A model generated the notes under the pieces. The model was not told the origin of the DNA. It made no database searches and was given only the letters and a program-made list of their open reading frames with translations. From Parasitella parasitica NRRL 2501 (taxonomy: Eukaryota; Fungi; Mucoromycota), in the NCBI GenBank assembly GCA_025201805.1, contig MU619377.1:1-64000 (forward strand): 64,000 nt of DNA, in the 5' to 3' direction. The position numbers and the translations under genes were made by a program. Below are positions 53,680 through 64,000 of this stretch, one piece after another. The stretch's first letter is position 1, and every line of letters starts with the position of its first letter.

Positions 53680-54405
53680 ATGTCAAATTTGAAAAGAAAA
53701 CTCCAGGACATATCTGAAGTGTCTAATTCTGATGTATCAGCCACTGTCCCTTCAACTTTAAAGACTCAATTCTATGACGCCGGCTTCTTTCCTCTGCCGA
53801 AAACACGATTCCCGTTGGGAACACCTATTCATTCGCAAGTATGGCTTATTCTGCTGGTGAGCAGCATTCTAATGTTTTACAATAGTAAGAGATCCAGAAA
53901 AGTCTATTCTGACTTGGCTGATGAGCGTGAATTCTTATTGCATGTAAAGGAGTTATGGCAAACCAAGCTTGCAAGCTTAAAGGTAAAGCGTTATTATATA
54001 TATACTATGCAACTCAATAGTAAAGCTATGTAATAGGAGGACAAAACGCTCTTAGAAAGGATGAAAGACCTCAAAAAGTCTGATTTAGTTGACGTAGAAC
54101 CTTTGTTTTGTCCCGAGGAAAAAGTGCAGGGTGTCGAAAACGATGTGCAGGAAGAGACTGGGCCATCAACCTCTGTCGACACGGAAAATCAAGAGAACGT
54201 CCATGATCGCTTCAAAATTGTCAACGGCCAAGTTGTAGTCAAAGACCTAGATATGTTGGCTACACTTCAGGAATTGGATAAAATCTACACGGGTACCCAA
54301 AATGAACTAGAACAGGATTCATCTGAAGAAGAAGCCGAAGAGGATGATGAAGAAGCAAGAAAAGCTTTGCACAGAATGCTGGAAGAATTTGGTGGTGGCT
54401 TTTAA
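53680..54405 (+). CDS. Hypothetical protein with an acidic C-terminus (multi-exon)
   Basis: ATG MSNLKRKLQD, two plausible GT-AG introns, a coiled-coil-like middle, and a final EEARKALHRMLEEFGGGF. Confidence 0.65.
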
Positions 54406-54428
54406 CAGGGTTTATTTAATTTTATCAA

Positions 54429-56147
54429 CTAGTTGGCAAGAGGATAATGGGGGCGAATATCAACAGGGATTCCGGCATCGTCAATACGTGCCAAGGCATC
54501 TTTGGTGTCTTTATGAAGGACACCGTAATTCTTAACAAATTCATCAACTGCAGATTTATCGCCATCGCCTTGAAGAATCAAAATATCTCTAGTTAAATCA
54601 GAAACTGCAGAGCGAATCTTGTCAAAATCAACGCTGAATAATCTTGTCTTTTCATCGCATTTAAAGCCACCCTTCTCCACCAAATAGTTAAGTTGGATTG
54701 CTTGTCCCAAACCATGTGCTTCTTGAATACCAAAGCGAATAGAGCGGAAGGCAGACGCTAAGAATGTGACCCAGAACTCTTTCTGAGTGACATTATCAAT
54801 AGTGCCATGATCCACCATTAAATCAGCAGCAAATAAAGCAGCGATATCTGCCTTGGCTTCTTCGAGAGCAGAGTGATACTCTTGTAATTTTGAGCGAACA
54901 GTGTCTCCCTGGAGGGTATGATGGGGCCCATTGCTATGACAAACCTCATGAAGTAATACATGGGTTGTGAATGCATCCTTTGTCAAATAAGGCAATTGCT
55001 CTTCAGCCAACACTTGTGTCGCAATAGGTGTCAGAACATGCTCAAATTTGCCTTCCTGGACATTTTTGATGAGTACTAGCTTTGAACCACCCTTCTTGAT
55101 GGCCTCCTCGTCGTTAGGAAGGTTGTAGGCAGCAGTCATAGGCACCTAAAACATATGGTTTATTAGAAAAATAACACAGACGAGTCGGTTGATACTTACT
55201 GCCACATCACCAACAGCATATAATTGATTTACGACGACAATGGGAGCAGCAACCAGCTTGTCATTGCGATATTTTTCAGGGATGGGCAAGCGATCTTCAA
55301 CGAATTGGAGATCAGAGAACTTTTCCAACAGCTTGGACGAATGCTCGTCTCGAACATGAATATAAAATTCGTATGCACTCTTGAAAGTAAAGAGACCGTC
55401 AGTGTATTGCTCATATGGACCAATTGTGATTTCAAGTTTGTTTGATTTGGCAAGGCGTAACCAATCCAATTCAGAATCCAAATAGTCATTTGTCTCAAAA
55501 GAATCAGCACGAGAAGAAAGAAACTCCTCAATGCGGGTTCCCTCACCAGTAACTTGTACATTTTTCAACTCTTTAACGGCTTCCTGGATATGCTCCGCTG
55601 CAGGCTTGAGAAGATCAGCATATGCTTCAGAATAAGGGACGGCCTCAAATCTGTCATGGCTGTCCTTGCGAATGATTGTGTAATAACTCTTGGCCTTCTT
55701 ACACTCCTCGGGTGATAAAGTCTCTACCCATTTCTCGAAATCAGCCTTTTTCATACCTTCCGGATAGAAGTTTCCGCCCTCAGGGCGTTCAGGAACACCC
55801 TCGACAAAAGGTATATTATCATCTTCGCGAGCCTATGGTGCCGTGTGAATTCCCATGAGCTAATGGCGAAATAAGAATGTATAACTAATTGAATGACTTA
55901 CCCAAGGTCCTTTATACATTTCAAATAAGGTAACAAGCTCCTTATTTCCCTCAGCATGTAACTTTTTGCGTAATTCTTCATTACCCGACCAAGCTTGACG
56001 CATATAAAGTTGGTCGATATACTTTCCTGCCTTGACCAAATGCTTTAAAGCGGCATGCTCATGCGCGCTAAGGTGAGATAAATCTGCAGTGCACTCAAAG
56101 AGCGCAAAGCGTGCGATTCTACTTGAAAGAGAACGAATTGAAGCCAT
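54429..56147 (-). CDS. Peptidase family M49 (dipeptidyl peptidase III-like, HEXXH type), 3 exons
   Basis: GGNFYPEGM, ITIGPYEQYTDGLF, AYNLPNDE, KGGSKLVLIKNV..KF, zinc motif HEVCH and third ligand EEAKAD, FRSIRFG..EAHG. Confidence 0.9.
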
Positions 56148-56712
56148 GAAGATTATTGATAAAGGTTAAGAAGAAGAAAAAAATGAAAATACGTGTTCTA
56201 AATTTGGGTGTGGGCAGTAGTGAAAAACCCGCCAGTCAATGCGTGAGAAAAATCAAGACTTAACTTGCCCATGTTGCAAGAAAAAAAAAAAACGTTTTCT
56301 CAAGTCCAATTTTGAAATTTGTTTAAAATTGACCTCCTATGTTTTTCAAGGAAATGTATCGGATAGGAAGTACGAGCACTGAGAAATCACTTGATGTCGT
56401 TCAAGGCGGGCACAAGAAGAAATTCTAATAAAGTGGTGAAAAATGATATATTACTGGCTACAAGTTGAGACATTTACTCAGTAATGCTTTTGATGCCTTC
56501 GCAATGATAACGTGTGTTGCATGGAAGTTTTTGATGTGCAAAAATCGTTTTGCCAGCCCTTTCGTGTGCGAAAGGATTTATACTTTTTCAGAACAAATGT
56601 TAATTTGGCATGTTTTTGGTTCCGATATTTTTGGACAGCAACAACGGCAAGGAGGCTTCTGATACGGTAGACTACCCTTTTTTTTAAAAAAAAAAAAAAT
56701 TCTTCCCAAACG

Positions 56713-58057
56713 ATGATTTCCAACAACGTTTTTAAAGCAGGTTATCGTGCATTCCATACTAGCACATATAGTTCAGCTAGGAAAACCGCATTGTATGGCT
56801 GGGGACAAACTCAAGCTTTGCCTTTAACCAACGGACACTTGCATCGAGTTCTTGGACGACCTACCAATTTACAAAAGGAGGAAGATTATGCATTACCTGT
56901 AAGTGGTTAAATGTACAAGTGAATCTCGGTAATAATTCAGCATGTGATGTAGAGAGATCAAGTGGTAACACATGCAAGGTGTGGTTGGAGTCATTCTTTA
57001 TTGAGAACTCAAGACAATAGCGTGTACGGATTTGGATTAAACCAAAGTGGGCAACTAGGCACTGGTCTCATGGGTCATAAAATAAACATACAGGATAATG
57101 TGAAGCTGCTATCATGCGGACGAGAGCATTCGCATATAGTTACAGAGAAAAAAGAAAACGGGGGTATGCAGATTGACTTGGTGTACTATTGTAACTGTCT
57201 AACGTTTGATTTGACAGATACTCAATTATACTCCTTTGGCAACAATATGTATGGGCAATTAGGGATAGGGAAGAATAAAAACACGGCCCCTGGAAAATTT
57301 CTGAAGGAAGAAACGCCCGCACTGGTGGATTTTCAAGATACGATAACTCACATTGCATGTGGTTTTGATAATACAATATTTTCAACTGATAAAAATGCCC
57401 TTTTCGGTATGGGCTGGAGTGCTGACGGACAACTAGGGCAGGGAAAGGATGATAAAGACGTACCGTCTCAGTTGAAATTGAGTCTTCAAATCAAAAAGTT
57501 GTCGAGTTCCACTGATTTTACTTTGGCATTAGACGTAAAAGGCAGCTTGTGGACTTGGGGAAATTCTGAATATGGGCAAGGCATTCAAGGAAAAGTTATT
57601 GATAGAGTAAGTGTCTGCATATATCTTTCGAGAATAAGGAATGCTCGTTATTTATTGAATGACATTCAAGATCCTGGAGCCGCTCGAGATCAAAAATATA
57701 GGAGATGTAGTGGATGTTGCGGCTGGTGGTCCATTTTCTGTGTTGCTAACAAAAGACGGAAATGTGCATACTTGCGGCTATGGAGCCCTGGGCTTAGGAA
57801 AAGCCTCCATCCAAACATTGAAATGTACTCAGATTGAAGGATTATCAAATGTTGTCAAGATATTTGCAGCAACTGACTATGCAGCAGCAATAACAGCGGG
57901 TGGAGAGCTTTACACATGGGGCTTGAATGGGCCAAGCAGCCGATTGGGAACAGGCTCACGTCAACATTTATTCAAACCAGAGCATATAAGGATCGACGGA
58001 GAAGCGATTGATTTGTCTCTTGGCACAAACCATGCACTTGCTATTTGTGCCGTATGA
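56713..58057 (+). CDS. RCC1-repeat protein (RCC1L-like, probable mitochondrial presequence), multi-exon
   Basis: Repeated CGxxHS / FGxNxxGQLG / WGNSEYGQ blades. Arg/Ser/Thr-rich N-terminus with no acidic residues. Confidence 0.85.
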
Positions 58058-58182
58058 AAACTTCCGAAATGTATTGAATAAACGATGATGATATCTTCCG
58101 AGCTTCGTACAATGAATCATTTTTCGGATTATTAGGATGTGTAGAGGTCCATGCTCATTCTTTTATTTTCTTCCTTACGAAC

Positions 58183-58962
58183 ATGACTTTATCCGCTATT
58201 GAATACAAGGGACCATCTAAACAATTTGATTCATATGAAAGGTATGATTTGCGTAAATATCAAGTAAGAGCAAGGGAGTATTTTATTAACATAAAAAAAA
58301 GATATTACGCTGAAGAGGTATATACAAATAAATATGTACTTGATGTTGAATGTGCATAAAACAGCGATTTATTTGTATACATAAAATAGAAACCTTACAA
58401 TTGCATTTTGCCTAGTCTAAATGGTCATGGATTCGGTCGTTTCGATAAACTGATGCATCAGCAGCAGCATCAGCGACAAACTCAAACAACCAGCGATCAT
58501 CCTATTAAACGGAAGAGGAAATCTGTTGTGATTAAATCACTTGCAGATTTGCGTACACAAAAGGATTGTGATGAAATCATGGAAAATTTGTTCTCGTTAT
58601 CCGATTCGAGCTTATCATCAGATGAGGAAGATGAGGAGGCAATGCTTCATCAACAATTACCATCGTCAACACAAGAACAAGCATCAGGTCAAGCACACAT
58701 GTTGTTATTACCTCATTTAGCTGATTACTTGGTCAACCATCCCGACGAGCCACCGGAGAACTTTTTATTTAGACACTATCACCGATTTTCGCTCCAAGAC
58801 CTATACTATCCTATAGAAAACATCGAGAACATTGCACGATCATGCAATTCGTTGGCTGAAGGAGTTTATATTACAATGGACGAATTCGAAGCACTCCAAG
58901 GGTTTAGTCGATTTGCGGCTATCAACAGATCTGATTTTCATAAAGGGAGGGTTATCATATAA
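58183..58962 (+). CDS. Hypothetical protein (multi-exon; start inferred)
   Basis: 184-codon open exon 58408-58962 preceded by short exons from ATG ~58183 with GT-AG introns. No domain recognised. Confidence 0.55.
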
Positions 58963-59205
58963 TTTTAAAAAAAGAGGGAGATTCCGTAGAAGAGGATATA
59001 TTATAAATTTATATGGTTCGTGCATCTGTAATTGCTTCAATTGGTGGGTGAGACAAAGTTAAACCACTTTGCATGTTGATGGGCGTAGTTTTCCCTCCCC
59101 TTTATTTTTAGTATTTATTCTAGTGCCCCTTTATTTTTCTTTCGTTTGTTCTTTTATATTCCCATCCTTTTTTTTTTTTTTTTTTTTGCTTTCCTTATTA
59201 TTATC

Positions 59206-60327
59206 ATGTCAAGTTATTCATATCATCATTCAATCGAGAGTAAAAACCATAATATCAGTTTGGCAAGTGTCAGTAGCAGCAGCAGACATAGTAGCAGCAG
59301 CCGTAGTAGTACAAGTAGCATGAGCAGTAATAATAGCATTATGGGTAGTAAGCGACTTAAAAGAAACGAAGGTATAGTAATATTTGGATTTATTCCAATG
59401 GCTTCTAATTGGTATTTATAGGATCCCATCAACAAGTGTATCATCCATATTATAAACAACAACAACATCCACAATCAGTGTCACAATCTCCACCAGAGTC
59501 AATACGACAACAGCAACAACAAGAAACTACCTCATCTACTTCTCCCTCTTCTTCTCAGTCATGCAGATATGATTCCTCGCTTGGTTTATTGACAAAAAAG
59601 TTCATTACATTACTTCGATCTAGCGCACATGGAGACCTTGATTTAAACCGCGCTGCAAGTCAACTAAAAGTGCAAAAAAGAAGAATTTATGACATTACCA
59701 ATGTATTAGAAGGAATTAGATTGATTGAGAAAAATTCTAAAAATCATGTAAGATGGATGTGAGTATTGATTTACAAATATATCTATATAAACCAACCAAC
59801 TAACATGAAAAAAAAAAAAGCGGGAATGCTGCAGCAAACTCTACTAATGAAACGACGAGTGATAATATCCTGACAACAAAAACATCAACATCAATCAATG
59901 AACTTGAAGAAAGACTGGCAAATTTGAAAAACCATAATCAAATGCTAGAAAATGAAAAGACACATTTAGACATATTCAAACGTCAGATAGATCAAGAAAT
60001 TGAAAAAGTCATAAAAGACAATCAGTCGTATTGTTATTTGACATTGGACGATATAGAAAAATTTGAAGTGATAATGGCAGCTCAGCAGGAGGCCCTCGTG
60101 GTTGTAAATGCACCTTATGATACGGATATTGAGGTGCATCAAGTGAAAAATATAACATCCAAGAAAAAGGTACACTTCTTTTTACCCCTTTAATTGTTAT
60201 CACACCGCCTAATATCATTCCGCAGTCTAATACAACAAAGTGTTATATAAGAGTGCCTGAAAATTCAGCAATACCGCTACGAGTGATACCATTAAAACGC
60301 AAAGACAAGGATCGTGTTAATCACTAA
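59206..60327 (+). CDS. E2F: E2F-family transcription factor (multi-exon)
   Basis: Winged-helix [16 protein letters not shown]...[40 protein letters not shown], then a coiled coil and marked box (YLTLDDI...[13 protein letters not shown]). Confidence 0.93.
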
Positions 60328-60895
60328 TTTTAACTTTTTTATTTTTTTTTCCCGGTGAAAAAAAGGAAAAGTTCTAATTTATTCCACATATATAAAATAC
60401 CTTTAAATGTCAAATGAGAAGCTTTTCAAATTCGGTATCATACATAATAATGTATGCATAATGATGAATGGAATTAAATTTAAAGGGATGAATAGGAAAA
60501 GGAGGGAATATTGTATTGAGCATATATATTTTTCTCACACTCAACTAGATGAAAAACACATTTCCTTTTTTTATTATATGCAAAATATTCTAATGCCTTT
60601 AATACTTTTTAATTAAGAAGGCAAGATTATATATGATAGGTTGCTATGGTAACTCTCCTTTCAGTTATAACATATCGGTGCATCTGTTCATCCAGAAAAG
60701 CCCAAACAAATCCGATGAAAATGCCAGATGTATATCATGTGTCACTGAAATTTTCTAATAATCTCAGTTGTTATACATCTCAACCATTCAAACCATTCGC
60801 AAATATGCTGCTTCTATATAACCAATAAAGTGTATGGATGCGTAATATTATTAGTTTTATTGAATATATACATATATTTTTTAGAGGATAGCGGT

Positions 60896-63800
60896 TCAAA
60901 GTTCTTTTGACTTTTTGTTACTACTGTTGTCTTCTTGCTTATGCTTTCTTCTCTTGCTAGGATTAAGTGCAAATGATTTTGATGATGACGACGATGATGA
61001 GGATGAGGAAGTTGAAGATGATGTGGAAGTTGATGGCGAAGGTGATGTTGTACTGATGTTTGTAGGTTTTGGAGGTTTGACGGTTAGTTTGATGATTTTA
61101 TGGGGTCTACTTGATGGTGAAGGGCCTACTGTGGTAACTAATTTTCTTCTTGTAGGGGGGTTTGCTGGTTTTGCAGCGTCCACTAACTGTTGTGTATCGA
61201 CTGGCACCACTATATTTACCGACTTTAGGGGATTTGTGGGCCCATCAATGGAAACTGCTTCAGCTGAATACTTTTCTTGATCGCTGAGTTTTTCGTGGTC
61301 TTTAGCCGGTTCCACATTGCTTATAGATGTTTCATGATATGGTCGAATATGATCCACGGATGAGACACTCGAAGGGCCGTAGGGAGGCAATGTCACAGTT
61401 GATTTCACTACAGGCCCAATTACTGGCGCAAGAGCTTCAATTTTGGAGCGCAAGAATTCAGTTTCATCCAACAAAAGGACCTCCAGACCCATCAATGTAC
61501 GTAAATAGTATTTAATTCTACTCACGTCTTCGAGTCCCAACTGTTTTTTGGAACGACAGAAAGCTTGAACATGACTTTTGTAATCTTGCATGATTTTATG
61601 GATGTTGGAAATGGCTTCGTAATCTTTAGGGCGGAAACTCAGGGTTTCTCCAAAATTCACTAGATCCGTAAGCTCTGTTAACGTGGGTTGTCTTGATTGA
61701 TGTGGAATCTTTTTAGACGCTTCCGTGGGGCGGCAAATGAGACAAACGTATGAGCTAGTAGCTCGAGCTGCGGTGCGAGCAACTTTTAAGCAAGAGCCAT
61801 GATACCACTCGTGGCATACATCGCATTCAATCATAAGTCCAGATTCGGCTTTTCTACAGATGCAATACAGGTTCGGCTTTCCTTCGCTCTGAGTAATACG
61901 CTGGACATTTGTTATGATCTCTTTCAATACAACATCCAATGCTTTTTGTCTTCCGTTCATCAACGTAGAACGAAGATGTTCATTCCACGAACTGTTGCGA
62001 GACATTTCAAACGCTAATCTTGTTGCCAATTCAGAATTGAAACATAATTCTCTTGACAAGGTAGTCAATCTTTGCGCTTCAGAAATGGTAGGGCGGTCGG
62101 CAATGTTTGCGTTGGTGCATCTAGAGTTCAGCATGACATCCATTTCTGCAAGTGTCGACTCCGAGCGAGATATGCTATTTCGCAAACGAGAAACGAGTTG
62201 CGGGTCCAATTCGATGCTTAATTCGGGATTCTTCGTATTATATCCAATATTGAAAATACTCTGCTGATCATTCATTTCGATTTTCTCTCTTCCTTTACTA
62301 ACATTTTCAACGTATTGGACTACTCGTTTTCCAAAGTCTTCAGTGTCAATAAGACGTTTAAACAAGAGATCGTCATCGGGATTCATAGCCATGTCTTCTC
62401 CATCTTTAATGAGTTTTCTGTAGGTTTTTGCAACGAAATGATTGTTGAAAGCTTGCTGTACCATTTCTTCCCAAGAGTTGTGCAAAATGACTTTTCTAAG
62501 CTTTCTGAAAACGATCGAGTCAGCACGTAATTGTAGTCCACGTTCGAATACATCTGCTTGAAGCTCAGAATTGCCTGATGATAAAAGCTCGAATGTGATT
62601 TCGTTGTCTAAATCTTTCAGCTTCGCTGCATACGCTTCCACATCAGTCAGTTGTACAAGATCAAACCCAATCTCTGAGGCTATTTCGATCAGATTTTGGC
62701 ATCGTTCATATCGAGTTTCATGATGCTTTGAACTGTCGTGTTTCACACCTAGTAAACGATCAGCATCAGTGTTCCACTGGTCCAAAATTTCGATAAAGTT
62801 TTTCAAATTGCCAATGGGCTCTTGAGGAGCATCATTGTTGTGAGCTTCTTTTAGTAGATCTCGAAGTTTTTTGATAGTAGGGACTGACTTGGCATTCATA
62901 GCATTTTCAAATTTTTCAACCCAATTAGCAGGAGTAGACCCAGTATTAATAACACTCTGGACTAGTTCATCAAGCTGGATATCTGTGAATTGCAGCTGCA
63001 TGACTTTACTGCTCATTTCACAGGTGCATAGCTATGCAATGCATGTTAGAGTGTAACAACTTTTAAACCAGCACCATGTTACTTACTTCAGTTACATGGT
63101 CGAGACAGCCCACTTTAGAAGTACATTCACAACTAATGTATGATAAATAAGTGTAACAATTACAGAACACGCATTGCAATTCTTCGCGGACTTGGTCTTC
63201 AGGAACGATTTTTTCAACTATTTTCTTGTTTCTAACATTTTGTCTCTCCTTGATTTCTCTGCTTTGCATTTCAGTCAAGCCACGCTTCAACCAATCTATG
63301 TTCTCCACTGACTTGAGGTTGCGAGCGGCTGTAACCAACAAATTGTCATGAGAGAAGCAAGGTTGTCGTCTAAAGGCTTTATAGCGCTTGACACATTCTA
63401 AGCCAAAATCGATCCATTCACCTGGAGCAAAATTAACGGCCTCGCAGAAATTAAACTATAGTAGAGAGTGTTTAGCGCTCGATATATTACGCATGGGAAA
63501 AGATAAGCACTTACGCCATGATTAAATCCAGAGTGATAGGCTTTCGGGTAGGTAATTACAAACTGGCCAGGGCGCTGATCAACAGCGTAAACATTTACAT
63601 TTTCTTTTACCAAGCGTTCAGGACTAAGCATCGTGATCAATTGAAACAGCAAATCTGGCTGTTGATCAAATAACTCTGGGACAGCCTTCTTCATTGCAGC
63701 TTCAAATTTTGCAGTATCAGATCCTGGGACACCATACCAGGTTTTGGTCTCGCCCCAATGCATGTAATTTATGGAATAAGTATAGTGGTCTTCGTTATGC

Positions 63801-64000
63801 CAACAGAAAGCAGAGAAACACATTCCAACATATAACCAAGGAACCATCATGCCACTAATATCGGATTTGATATAGGTAAATAAAGATTGAGGTACCACAG
63901 GGATAACGTTCAGATTCCATGGGTCGAATGCACTCTTTGGTATATGATCGGCAGTCGAGAAGCCACTAAAACAGAATTTGTTAAGAGGTTAGTGAATATA
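60896..64000 (-). CDS. KDM5: KDM5/JARID1 (Lid2-like) H3K4 demethylase, 5' part outside the window
   Basis: JmjC ([27 protein letters not shown]...AYHSGFNHG), C5HC2 zinc finger ([17 protein letters not shown]...CLDH), PLU-1-like helices, and a PHD finger (YCICRK...[15 protein letters not shown]). Confidence 0.95.

Overview
AT-rich eukaryotic DNA with short GT-AG introns and a gene set typical of a Mucorales fungus (inferred, not proven). About 20 host genes are recognisable: PEX14, a Rab7-like GTPase, two MFS transporters, two mitochondrial carriers, DSK2, EFR3, MIC10, a PKA catalytic subunit, TMEM115, CYC8, XPO7, an AMPK/MARK-type kinase, an HEXXH-type M49 peptidase, an RCC1-like protein, E2F and KDM5 (cut by the window edge). 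Mobile DNA includes a solo LTR with a 5-bp TSD, an internally deleted Helitron with its 3' hairpin, a decayed DD35E Tc1-like element, an apparently intact DD34E IS630/Tc1 element with perfect 124-bp TIRs, and a LINE RT fragment. The least explained locus is 25.1-27.6 kb. It has a five-copy array of ~200-bp units rich in hairpins and carrying a box C/D-like cassette, about 0.7 kb upstream of a decayed, intron-containing PD-(D/E)XK nuclease-like gene. Exon boundaries were read by eye and are approximate. No database searches were run.
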